A stretch of DNA of 64,000 nucleotides, taken from Octopus sinensis (taxonomy: Eukaryota). The notes below the pieces were generated by a model. That model ran no database searches, was not told the DNA's origin, and worked only from the letters and a program-made list of their open reading frames with translations. The translations under genes and the position numbers were made by a program. The stretch spans positions 34,224,001 through 34,288,000 of the forward strand of contig NC_043013.1 of assembly GCF_006345805.1 (NCBI RefSeq), read 5' to 3'. Shown here one piece after another: positions 27,444 through 40,607 of this stretch (position 1 is its first letter; each line of letters starts with the position of its first letter).

Positions 27444-28392
27444 CAAAGCAATAACGACGACAAAAATTAAATTTCAATTTCTCTTTTCAAAAAATTATTA
27501 TCATGATTATTACTATTATTATTATTATTATTATTACTATTATTATCATTTTTATTATCATCATCATCATCATTGTCATTGCTGTTATTATAGTTTTTGT
27601 TGTTGCTGTTTTTTCTTATTTGCTATCTTTTATTATTTTTGCTTTCTCCTAATAACACATCGCTTTATGTATTAGGTTATGCATTTAACAACCATTGCAA
27701 CAACAACAAAAACAACAACAAGCATAATCACACTGTTCATAATTATAATGGTGCATTAATAATAGGTGCATATGTTTGATGCCTTTCCTCCTTCATATTT
27801 CTGCACTTAAGTTTATATATATGTGTATGTAAGTGTGTTTGTATGTATGTATGTATGTATTTATGTATGTATGTAAGTACGTATGTGTAAAAGATTCATA
27901 CAAAACAATGAAATTTAACTTTATAAAAGAATCTCTTCAAAAAATAATTATTTCCAATTGAGTTTGGCATTTCACTAAAAGAAATAAGGTGTACAGCAAG
28001 GGAAAAAAAAATGGCAAAAGGTCAACAATGAAACATGATGAAATAATGAAATAAAAAAAACTAGCAAGTTCTACATTATTACTAAGACTATTTGTAGGGG
28101 AATGTGTTTCCAGATCGTCATTTTCTGTTTGTTCAATTTATCAAAATGATGCTGTCAATGTGATAATTTTTGTTGTTGTTGTTGTTGTTGTTGTATTTCA
28201 GGGTCTTCTTTTGATTGCTAACACTTATGAAATGATGAAAAGCATTAAAAATATGACTTTCGCACATTAATTTTGTTTTAAGTATTGTCGAGTTCCAGCC
28301 ACTGGAAAAAGTCTTAACCATCTTTTATCATCACATAAGGGTTTGATTGAAGAGAAGGAAAAAAAAAAAATTGGCTGCTATTTTTAGCAGGA

Positions 28393-28803
28393 CTCTTTTA
28401 CTCTTTTACCTGTTTGAGGCATTTGACTGTGGCCATGCTGTAGCACCGCCTTTAGTCAAGCAAATCGACCCCAGGACTTATTCTTTGGAAGCCTAGTACT
28501 TATTTTATTGGACTCTTTTGCCAAACCGCTAAGTTACAGGATGTAAACACACCACCATCAGTTGTCAATCGATGTTAGGGGGACAAACACAGACACACAA
28601 ACATACACACACACACACACACATATATATACACATACATACGATGGGCTTCTTTCAGTTTCCATCTACCAAATCTACTCACAAGGTTTTGGTCGGCCCG
28701 AGGCTATAGTAGAAGACACTTGCCCAAGGTACCACGCAATGGGAATGAACCCAGAACCATGTGGTTGGTAAGCAAGCTACTTAGCACACAGCCACTCCTG
28801 TGT
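28393..28803 (-). mobile_element. Family A SINE, full length
   Basis: Complete reverse complement including the internal (CA)n. Confidence 0.88.
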
Positions 28804-29084
28804 CTAATATAGTTGATTAAAGACTCTCTTGGTTTGAAACTGACTAAGGTTGTCGTTGGTGATGATGGTGTTGGTAGTGGAGGAGCAAAATCGGTAGAGC
28901 ATCAGACACAACTGCTTGGCAGTATGAAGTTATCTTGTTTTGTGTTCTAATCTCAATTGAGTTTGAAATTTATATTTTGAATACAGAGTAGGCATGTCAT
29001 TTGAATTCATGGGGTATATTTCATTTACATACTTGGTGATGTGTAGCATTTCAATACAGGGTAGTGGATATGTTTTGAATATGG

Positions 29085-29430
29085 TTTGTGCCGGTGCCAC
29101 ATGAAATGCACCCATGCCGGTACCATGTAAAAGAGCACCTGTTCCAGTGCCACATATTGAGAACAGGTGCTGGTGCCATGCAAAAAGAAGCACCTGTGCA
29201 AGAGCCATGTAAAATGCACAAGTGTCGGTGCCATGTAAAAAACATCCATGACAAGCAGCCAGAACACTATAAAATGGTTGACATTAAGAAAGACATCCGG
29301 CTGTAGAAACCAGGCCAAAACAGGCAATTGGAGCCTGGTACAGCTCTTCGGTTGGCCAGGCCCTGTCAAACCATCCAACTCATGCCAGCATGGAAAATGA
29401 ATATTAAATGATGATGGTGATGATGATGAT
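29085..29430 (+). mobile_element. RTE 3' UTR fragment with about 6 minisatellite units and a (GAT)n tail
   Basis: GGTGCCA(C/T)(A/G)TAAAA..GCAC repeats, then GACATCCGGCTGTAGAAACC...CATGCCAGCATGGAAAATGAATATTAAATGATGATG. Confidence 0.75.
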
Positions 29431-31394
29431 GAATTGAGTATCATTTGAATACAGGGTGGTATGTGTCAACTGAATACAGGTTGTATGTATGTCATACCGT
29501 GTGGTGGGTGATATTTGCTTACAGGGTGGTATGTGGTGTTTCAGTCCTGTATGGTGTATAGCTTTAGAAAATGGGGTAGTGGGTATCTTTGAGTACAAGG
29601 TGAATGTGTCATTGGAATCCTGACTGCATGCATGTCATTTAAATACAAGGTGCATTTGAATACAGGGTGCTTTGAGCGGGTGCACACACATGTGTTTGAG
29701 CTTTTGGCTGTTGTCTTCAATATTGATGACTTGTGTTGGTTTAAGTTCCCCCATAACTTAGCAGTCTGGCAAAAATAAAAAGAGAATGATAGAGTAATCT
29801 TGAGACTTAATATAATTAATGGAGGAAAATTGATTACCCAGCATGGCTGTAGTCCATTGATTAGACTAATGAAAAGAGAAAAATAATGAATATTTTTAAA
29901 ATTAAAGGGTTTATATCATGTCCTTTGAAATGGAATCAATACTGATTATGAAGCTTAATTCACAACTAAGAGGTGCTGGGTTTGATCCTACTGTGTGGCA
30001 TCATGGACAATTATCATTTTCTGTAGCCTAACATTGATCCACAACTTGCGAATGAAACTGAGTTGACAGAAAATATACGAAAACTCATCACGTAGACTGT
30101 ACCTGTAATTTAGTGGCACAGCCTTTATCACATACTACATCATATAGATTTTGTCTAAGAATTACATTACTAGTACTGGTAATTCAGGGGCAGGTAATTC
30201 AGTTAGTTCAAACGAATGAATTCACATTGACAGATAACAGATATTCTTCACATAATTGTAAAGTGAGTCAACTTGGGTGCCATTTGATTGCTGATTTATT
30301 GCTTTCTCAGGTACAAAGACTACTATCTCTGATTCTATTCCATTCATTTTCTAGGATTCATCATAAACTTATTTTTCTTTACTCCAACAGCTTCTATGCT
30401 AAATTGCATTTATTAATAGGTATAATATATAAATGGGTGTATGCATGTATACATGCATGCATACATACATATATACATACACATATGAATATATTTAAGG
30501 CTATATATGTTTTTATATATATATACATATGTGCATATATATTATGTGACCTATATGGGTCAGGTTTTGAATATAAAACATTATTAAATACTATGTTAAT
30601 TAAAGAACACTATGGTTTATATGTGTGTGTATTTGTGTACACACACATACATATAACTTATATATGATATGAATATTATACCACACACACACACATGCGC
30701 ACACAAATACACACACACAAACACACACACGTATAGTGTGTCTGAGTGTGTACATATGCATACATACATATATAGTGTCTGTGAGTGCATGTTTGTGTGT
30801 GTGTGAGTATATATGTGTGTGTGTGTGTGTGAGTATATATGTGTGTGTGAAACAGAGAGAGAGAGAGAGAGAGAAAGAGCGTGTGTGTGTTTGGAAGCAT
30901 TTTGCTTTAGCCAACCTGACTAATTAACTCCCAATTGTTGTACAAATCTTCCCACTTTTAGGAAAATTTAATATTGATAGAAAGTTCCGTTTAACATCAA
31001 GAAATTGTAGCAAAGAGGAATAGAAGAGAGAAATTAACCATTGTTTCTTTATTCCAATCAATGCTGCTCTAATCATTATAATATGCTATGAACTCTTAAA
31101 CTATATTTCAACTGTTTTTCAGTTTTCCTTTAAATATTTCACCATCTTTCATCTTTGTCGTCTACCTCTTCTTCTTCTTCTTCTTCATCTGCCGCCTCCT
31201 TCTTCCTCACCCTCTTCCTTCTCATTTTCGTCATTAGCAACTTCATTTGCAAGCAAATACATTGTCCTGCATCTATCTCTATGGAAGTGAACTTGAAAAA
31301 TAAAAAGATAGGATGTCCTTCTCTATGTACTTGAAATGCTAGTTAATATCAAGGCTTGTAATAGTTTAATTAGCTCTTTTTCAAAGCAAAGTAA

Positions 31395-31525
31395 ATTATT
31401 TTGTACATGTGTGTATGTGTGTGTGTGTTTTGAGGGGAGATTGTAATGATTCAATGAAGCTATATACGCACATATATATATGCATACACACACATATATT
31501 CATACACATATATATGTACATATAC

Positions 31526-31584
<59 letters not shown>

Positions 31585-31679
31585 TATATATATATATATA
31601 TACGTATATATATATATGTACATATACGTATATATATATATGTACATATACGTATATATATATGTACGTACACGTATAT

Positions 31680-31713
<34 letters not shown>

Positions 31714-31910
31714 ATGTACATATACGTATATATATGTACATATACGTATATATATATATATATATGTACATATATGTATATGTAAACGTATATATATATA
31801 TGTACATATATGTATATATATATGTGTGTGTGTACATATATGTATACATAAATGTATATATATATATATATATATATATGTACATATACGTATATATATA
31901 TGTATAGATA
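31395..31910. repeat. TA-based minisatellite with a recurring GTACATATACG unit
   Basis: Repeated (TA)n-TGTACATATACG-(TA)n units are visible. Confidence 0.9.
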
Positions 31911-32601
31911 GATAGATTATATGAGCTTATGAATAAATGAAATCGAAAGTTTAAATCATTTTTCTGGTATACGCTGACTCCCTGTCATACAACTGCACAT
32001 ATACAAACATATACACCCATACATACATACCTACATATATTTATTTCCCTGTGTGTTCATACATATATGAGTAGGTGTGTATGTCTAAGTGTGTGCATGT
32101 GTGTACAGACAAGTAAAAATACACATATTGATATATCTATACAAGTATTTGAACATGGACAGAAATACACACATATCTGTACCCAGATGAATACAGATAC
32201 ACACATATATAATACAAATGCAAACACACGTTTTTAAAAACGCACACACACACACACGCCTATACATATATATATATATTTGCGTATGCGCAATCGTACA
32301 CCCACACACATATACATCCACGAATACATACATACAAGTACTGACAGTGTATTCAAATAATAGAAACGTAAAATTAAAAGTGAAAAATGAAGCGAGAGTG
32401 AAGCCAATTTTATAACGAGTGAGGTCAGACTTGATGAATAACTCATGATTAACGAGTGTTAATTATCTCTAATGTGATTGTGTACAACAAAAATATTTTG
32501 AATTAAATGGATCTCTATTGATTCAATCAGTTTGTCAACAGCACATACTCACACACATGTACATGTGTGTATGTATACATATATATATATATATATATAT
32601 A

Positions 32602-32632
<31 letters not shown>

Positions 32633-33359
32633 TATATATATGTATACATACATATATATGTATACATATATACACATACATATATATATATACACATACA
32701 TATATATATATATATATATACACATACATATATATATATGTGTGCAGACACACATACACATGAACACATACATGCACATAGTAATGTACTAGCTTCCGCA
32801 AACATTTTACATCCACATATACCATTTAATTAAATTTTGTTCATCACTGTCATTATCATCATCATTATTATTACCACTATTTCTATTATTATTATTCTCA
32901 TCATCATTATTGTTATAATTTGTTAAGAAAAAATTATGTATATTTGTTTTATTTTTTATTTTATTTTATTTTTCTTTACCATTTAATTTCTTGAATTTTT
33001 TATTTTATTGTTTTGGTTTTCTTTCACGCCATTATTTTTTTAAAGAATTTTTTATTAAAATTTTTTTTTTCTCTTCTCACCAAACTCTGGGCAACATCGA
33101 ATTGCTAATTGTCAGTTGACACAGCAATGAAGAATGCCGACTAATTATGATGAGAATTAATCAAAGAATGAATGAAGGTTCCATTTACCATTTTCCACAA
33201 GAGAATGGTAGTAAAATTTTTCCAAAACCAAACATCTTTTATAAAACAGACTAATTAACAGAAAATGGAAGTGATTTTAGCAATAGGAACTGATCAACTC
33301 TAAAGTTTGTTTTGATAAAGACTGCTTCCTGGATTAGATTTGAAACAAAAAACCCATCA

Positions 33360-33407
<48 letters not shown>

Positions 33408-33744
33408 TAACACCAACAACAACAAACAATAAATGAAGTCCAGCTCACTACTACTACTGCTGTTCATTCTTAATGTTTTTTATTGGAAATTTCTCAAATT
33501 GATTTTAAAATGTCTGGTTGACATTTTTAATTGTAAAATAATATATATTTTTTTTTTAATTTTTCACTAGTTTAATTATTGCTTTATTTGTTTGTTTTTT
33601 TTTTGTTTTTCTTTTAGTGGGGATAGCAATTTAATTTGAAGATTTTTGTTATTGATGCAGCAAGTTTTTTTCTTTCATTTTTTTCTTTTTTTTTTTTTTC
33701 AATCTGTATCATTAAACCTTTTTGCCAAAGAGAAGGTGAAAGGG

Positions 33745-34538
33745 TAATGATGATGCCGATGATGATGATGAAGAAAATGATGATGATGATGACGATGATG
33801 ACAGCAAAGATGAGTTTAGCAACGATGGGTAAAAATGCAATACAGCTGAGAGTTAATAATGATCTCAAAGAGAAGGAGGATGGTGATGACAGCAGCAGCA
33901 ACAATGATGACGATGACGATGATGAGGATGATGATGATGATGAAGATAATTATGATGATGACAGCACAGATGTGTTTAGCAATGATGGGTGAATGCATAA
34001 AACAGCCAATGGGGATAATGATCTTGATGATGATGCTGATGATGCTGATACGTATGATGATGACTCTGATGATGATGATGCTGATGATGATGTTGACGAC
34101 GACGACGATGCTGATGACAATGATGATGATGAAGACGACGACGACGATAATGATGACAGTAATGATGATGATGATGTTCAAGGTCATAATGGCAGTTCTA
34201 CTTGATTATCATCTTTTCCAAAATGGTGATGACAATGATGATAATGATGATGTAATGCTGTCGATAATACTCTGGGAGATGGTAATGATGATGTCTAATG
34301 ACGATATTTCGAGTGAGTATGATATAACAGCTTTGAAGATTATGGCAATGACAACATAAATGATAATGATGATGAGGAAGTGGAGGATGAAGAAGAGGGA
34401 GAAGGAAAGAAATGACTGTCAAGCTCTGTTAATAATTTTTAAAACAATTACAATGCTTAGCTATAATGTTGATGACAACAATGACAAGGAAAACGATGAT
34501 GACGACGACGATGAGGAGGATAACGATGATGAAGATAG

Positions 34539-34582
<44 letters not shown>

Positions 34583-34985
34583 GCGATGACTATAGTGGGG
34601 ATGATGACAATGACAACGATGATGATGACAATAATGATGATAAGGATGATGACAACAGCAATGATGAGGATGATGATGATGCTGACAGTGGTGATGATGA
34701 GGATAATGATGATGATGATGATGGTGATGATGATGGTGATGATGAGGATAACGACGACAACGATGATGTAGATAGTGATGATGATGATAATAATGATGAC
34801 TATAGTGAGGATGATGACAACAATGTCAACGATGAGGATGATGATGATGACAATAATGATGATGATAAGGATGACGACGACAACAACAAGGATGAGGACG
34901 ATGATGATGATGTCAGTAATGACGATGATGACAGCGATGATGATGATGATGATGGTAATGATGACAATGATGATGATAGTGATTA
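33745..34985. repeat. Degenerate (GAT/GAC/AAT)n trinucleotide tract of about 1.2 kb
   Basis: Directly visible. It produces poly-Asp and poly-Met ORFs. Confidence 0.9.
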
Positions 34986-36154
34986 CACTTCAATATCATC
35001 ACCTTCATTGTCAAGTAAATCACCATCTAATGAATTCAACACTAACTGACTTATAAAAAATTCTTCTAAGCTCATTATCCTTTCTCTTTCTGATGGATGA
35101 ACATTTTGCAACCAAGGACATTGGATGTCAAAAAAAAAAACAAATAGGCAAAATCAATAAATAAATAAGAAATAAGAAAAGGAAAAACAAGACAAAAAAA
35201 ACGGAGTGGTGGTTGCATGCACCACATACAGTTTCAATCAATCAACAGCCTGTTGATCATTAAAGAGAGGAATGTTGCTTCTGTGAATGGAAAATAGAAT
35301 GACAAGACCAACTGAAAAAAAACTACATGTACATTCAATGAACATTTTCTAGGCTTTTGCAAAAATCAAAATAACCAGAGGGGCTAAACAACAGCAGCAA
35401 CAAAAACAAACATTCATCGGTCCCTTTTTGGATCAAAAAAATGTAGTCCCACTCCAGTACAGGGGATTTCTTTAATTCACATTTCATCCATGATGACATG
35501 TACATCGCCATGAAATGCAGAGAGAGAAATGAGAGCAGTGCATTGCCATGGATCAAATAAAGGTTTAGTGAAAGAGGAGGAGGAAGTGGAGAAGGAAGTG
35601 GAGGAGGAGGAAGTGGAGGAGGAGGAAGAGGAGCCAGGTTTGATGTATCAGACCTATGTTTAAAGGTATTGTAACCATGATTGTCCCTCTTTATATCCAG
35701 TTTGAAATAGTATACCCTGGACTATATTATCTAATGTCACCTTTTTAAAGATGGTTGTACGTTTGGTTTGAAATGGATTTCATTTGGTCGGTTGTTATGT
35801 CCAGGATGTTGAACAACAGTGTACTATCTCTTTCGCATTATCTCCGTAACAAGTAAGTTGTTTGATGATGAGGAAAACAATTTTGCAGAGTTCTATGAGT
35901 AGAAAACGAAGTTGGAAACATAACAAACAAGCGATACAATGGCTATATTTGTAGACATGCTACTTACAGAACCATTTTGATCGATTTGCAACAATTATGA
36001 AGATTCTAGTAAAGTTTCTTGTAACGGCCTTCTTGGCAATGAACCAGAAAGCCTAGCTTTGATTTAGGTGAGAGAGTTTGCAAACAATGCAGTTTTTACA
36101 TGGGATACACACAAAAAAGCCAGTGGCTTGATTTGTTAGAAACAGCAGCCAAAC

Positions 36155-36560
36155 TTAATATAGTTCTATATTTAAGAGATGAAGAATTATTTACATTATT
36201 TACATTTGATGGATATTTGTCCTCATCTTGTTTGTTGTTAACATGTTTCGGCTGATATAACCCTCCAGCCTTCATCAGGTGTCTTGGGGAAATTTCGAAC
36301 CTGAGTTCTCATTCTACGGACATATGACACAGTGGTTAAGAGTGCGGGCTACTAACCCCAAGATTCCAAGTTCGATTCCAGGCAGTGACATGAATAATAA
36401 TAATAATAGTAATAACACTGAAAAATACCTTAGGAATGAGAACCCAGGTTCAAAATTTCCCCAAGACACCTGATGACGTCTGGAGGGTATATCAGTCGAA
36501 ATGTGTTAACAACAAACAAAATGACAAATATCTGTCAAATGTAAATAATGTAAATAATGT
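36155..36560 (+). mobile_element. tRNA-headed, hammerhead-motif SINE-like element with an inverted 5' copy of its 3' end and an 11-bp flanking direct repeat
   Basis: Arms at about 36185-36313 and 36435-36560 are reverse complements. The tRNA-like head is at 36318-36389. AGCAGCCAAAC is repeated at 36144-36154 and 36561-36571. Confidence 0.75.
36318..36389 (+). other. tRNA-like Pol III head (SINE-derived, not a functional tRNA)
   Basis: A-box-like TGACACAGTGG (36325-35), GGG-CTACTAA-CCC anticodon-like stem-loop and B-box AGTTCGATTCC (36369-79). The acceptor stem does not close. Confidence 0.6.
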
Positions 36561-37003
36561 AGCAGCCAAACGTCTATCATCTTAAAGGGAAAATGAAAGA
36601 CACATATTGAATATCATGAACCCAAGCATGATATACATAAAGAAAAGCTGACAGTGGGGTTTAAATAGTTTTGATCATAGGTCTACTCACTCAAGTTTTA
36701 TTTGGGACGAAACAAAAGAAAAAACATGAGACTTATTAGAAGGCATATTGGCTTGTTAGAAACAGCAGTCAAATCTCCTGCAAATCACATTTTGAATATG
36801 AAAGAAAAGAAAAAAGATACGTTTGAAGATACAAAAATGATGCAGAAACTGTGGTGATCATGGTAGGAGTGCCTGTAACCAATGATCTTGAGAAGGTGGT
36901 TCAGTTGAAAAAAAAACAAAAAACAACAATAATTTCCTGACTATATATATACTTTTATTTCACAATTCTGGTTGTAAATTTGTTTATAGAAAGAAAAAAA
37001 GTC

Positions 37004-37075
<72 letters not shown>

Positions 37076-37679
37076 TATATGCAAAGAGAAAGAGGAGATA
37101 AATGAGGGGAAGACAAGTGGTGGAAAAAATAAGACTTTGAGAGAGGTAGTAAGAGAATAATAATAATAATAATAATAACAATAACAATAATAATAATAAT
37201 AATATAATAATAATAATAATAATAATATAATGATGATGATGATGATGACAATAATTGTTGCAAAGTGTATAAAAACAATAAAAGGTAACAACAATACAAA
37301 AGACAGAAAAAAGAAAGGAAGAAAGAATGATATATGTCCAATACAAAATGTATTTTAGCTTTGCATGAACTTTCTAGAAAGAACTGTGTTTGTTTATCTT
37401 AAGTACATGTCTATGTCTCATGTCTTGTTAATATATATAATATATATTATATATATATATATAATATAATAGTTTCATGTGCTTTTCTTAAAGGAGAAGA
37501 GTGCATTGATTATATTTACCTCCAGTAATGACTGATACTTATTTCTCTGACACCAGAAGGTTGAAAGGCAAAGTCAACCTAAGCAGAATTTAACCTGATC
37601 ATGTAAAGGTGGACAAAATGGTGCTAATCATACTCATTATATCAGTTACGCTACATATAATTAATATCATAATATTAAT

Positions 37680-38625
37680 TCATCATCATTCTTTAATGTT
37701 AGTTTTCAATGCTGGCATGAGTTGGATGGCTCGAAAGGAGCTGGCAAGTCCCGGGTCCACATCAGGTTCCACAGCCTGCTTTTGGCATGGTTTCTACAGC
37801 TGGATGCCTTTCCTAATGTCAACCACTTTACAGAGTGTACTCAGTGCTTTTTAAAATGCCATCACCAGTGCTTTTTATGTTGAACAGTGCATTTTCCATG
37901 GCCCCAGCACCAATACATTTTACATGGTACCAGTACCAATGATTTTTATATAGCACCATCACCAATGCTTTTTACATGGCACCATCATCAATGCTTTTTT
38001 CATAGCACCATCACCAATGCTTTTTTCCATGGCACCAGCACCAGTGCTTTTTTCCATGGCACCAGCACCAGTGCTTTTTTTCATGGTGCCAGCACCAGTG
38101 CTTTTACATGGCACCAGCACCAATGCTTTTTTCATGGCACTAGCACCATTGCTTTCACATGGCATCATCACCAATGCTTTTTTTCGTGGCACTAGCACCA
38201 ATGCTTTTTCCATGGTGCCAGCACCAGTGTTTTTACATGGCACCATGACCAGTGCTTTTTATATAGCACCATCACCAATGCCTTTTTCATGGCACCATCA
38301 TCTATGCTTTTTACATGGCACCAGCACCAGTGCTTTTTATATAGCACCATCACCAATGCCTTTTTCATGGCACCATCATCAATGCTTTTTCCATGGCACT
38401 TTTTACATGGCACCAGCACCAGTGCTTTTTTCATGGCACCAGCACTAGTATTTTTTATATAGCACCATCACCAATGCTTTTTTCATCGGCCCAGCACCAG
38501 TACTTTTACATGGCACCATCACCAATGCTTTTTTCATGGCACCAGCACCAATGCATCTTATGTGGCACCAGTGCCAGTGCTTTTTACATGGAACCAGTAC
38601 TTTGTATGTGGGACCAGCAACAATG
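37680..38625 (-). mobile_element. RTE 3' UTR with an expanded minisatellite (units of about 21-24 bp) at 37850-38625
   Basis: The RTE tail at 37680-37850 is followed by roughly 30-35 variants of TTTT(A/C)CATGGCACCAGCACCAGTGC. Confidence 0.85.
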
Positions 38626-39163
38626 TTTTTTAATATTTATATTATAATTATAATTAAGTTTATAAATATATATACGTTTGTGCAATACACAACCACTTGT
38701 GAGTAGGTAATTTAGTTGGTCAGATAACAGGAATATTCATCATCAAAACAAATGAAGAATTCAATCTTTAAAATATAGAAGTATACAGGAGTTATTTGTC
38801 TGTCTGTATAGCGTGTATATGTGAGTGTATGTTTATGTGTGTCTAATTATATTGAATATATCCAGATTTCCCCATACATTTCTATTATGTTTGTATACAT
38901 TAGTTTTTTTTCTTACATACACACACACATACACACATGTACGTTTTTATGGCAGAATATGTGAGTGAATAGCAATCTACATCTACTTGTAAGTGTGTGT
39001 ATGTATGTATCTATGTATGTATTTATATTTGCATGTATATGTATATGTACAGTCATAACCATGTATGCATATATATTTGTATGCATACACAAACGTATTT
39101 ATCTATACATATGTATGTGTATATATATATATATATCTGTATCTATATATATGTACATATATA

Positions 39164-39263
<100 letters not shown>

Positions 39264-39599
39264 GCATGAGTATATGTATATGATATATATATATATTATA
39301 GAGATATACTAATATGTGCACATACATATACACACAAAATGCACAACACAAGTTCATTACAATTATTGATATTTTTGGCTATTTCATAGATTTCAGAGAA
39401 ACTTTCAGCAAATGTATTTGGAGATAAAGATAGAAGGAGAGAGAGAGAAAGAGAGAGAGAGAGAGGGGGAGGTGGAAACAAAAGGAGAGAGAATGAGTGG
39501 TGAGGAGGTAGAGGTGGTGTTGTGTAAGTGTATTCCATTAATGGCCAAACAAAGATGTGAATCTACTACTACTACTACTACCACCACCACCATCACCAC

Positions 39600-39850
39600 A
39601 AACTACAACCGAAAGAGAGAACTTCTATGCAACCATGTAATCTGCTAGAAACACCTCACAGGTCTCCCTCAAAGCACATCTTATGAGCTTCAGAAAGAAA
39701 TAATCCATGACATATTGTGGACCTGTTATGTTTGAAGAAAATGAATGCCCCAAAATGTAAACAAATAACTTGATATGATCAATGTGGGACAATCTTTGAT
39801 CAGAGGTTTGCTTGATTAAAGGTGACCTAGAACTAAACAACAACCACCTT
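39600..39850 (+). mobile_element. Unclassified degenerate interspersed repeat ending in GCTAAACAACAAC; related copies near 9480, 17800, 35640, 36120/36561, 36750 and 52625
   Basis: Shared motifs TGCTAGAAA(T/C)AGCAGC(C/T)AA and TTTGATCA(T/G)AGGT.TGCT across loci. Confidence 0.45.
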
Positions 39851-40044
39851 AGCATTAGTTGCTAAAATGTGGTGAAACCACAACAGTATCAATAGAAAGA
39901 ATGCTTGTCTCTTCAGCATTTAAACCAGCCATATCTGCCCTGTTTTATGATCAAACTGGCCAAACTTGGCCTCTCACACCAACCCTACAACAACATTCTA
40001 TAAATAAACAATCACTACATCAAAACGTCAAAACAACATGATTG

Positions 40045-40390
40045 TTTATTATTTACAATGGACAGATAGGTATCCTCACCCAGTTTGTTGTTATCACGTT
40101 TTGGCTGATATACTCTCCAGCCTTCATCAGCTGTCCTGGTGGAATTTCAAACCCAACCTTTTATTTGACTAATGGGGTATACTGTTCTCATTCCTAAGGT
40201 ATGTTGATATTATTTTTCAAGTCCCCCATTAGTCAAATAAAGGGTTAGGTTCGAAATTCCACCAGACCACCTGTTGAAGGCTGGAGAGTACATCACCTGA
40301 AACATTGTGATAGGAACAAACAAAAGGAGGACAGCGATCCGTCCATTGTAAATATTGTACATAATTCTTCGTTTCAAAAATATAGAATAG
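40045..40390. mobile_element. Second inverted-arm, hammerhead-motif element related to 36155-36560
   Basis: Arms at about 40045-40177 and 40224-40360 are reverse complements. The spacer contains GTTCTCATTCCTAAGGTAT, the reverse complement of 36426-36444. Confidence 0.7.
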
Positions 40391-40607
40391 TACAGGACTG
40401 TTAATTCAAAACAAAGTGAACAAATAAGCATTACATTTAGCAGAATAATATGAATGCTAAAGGATTAAAAAAAGACAAATACACTAACTATAACAACAAC
40501 AACAATAGCATTACCAACAGCTGCAGGCATAGAGAGAAAGTTAAGACCAATAATGCTATCAACATTCACAACTTTATCAATAATAGTAGCATTACTGGCA
40601 ATTACAA

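Noticed and set aside
28202-28270. Possible terminal exon GLLLIANTYEMMKSIKNMTFAH* after (TTG)n...TTTCAG
   Set aside because: It is short, with no homology or upstream partner exon, and is expected by chance in AT-rich DNA.
31160-31290. Minus-strand acceptor (CTTTTTATTTTTCAAG) followed by an acidic open frame
   Set aside because: It runs into a (GAA)n repeat, with no convincing donor and no recognisable protein similarity.
36318-36389. Functional tRNA gene
   Set aside because: There is no closed acceptor stem, the anticodon stem has only 3 bp, no T-run terminator follows, and it is embedded in a mobile element.
37850-38625. CRISPR-like array
   Set aside because: The context is eukaryotic, the units are directly adjacent with no unique spacers, and there are no cas genes.
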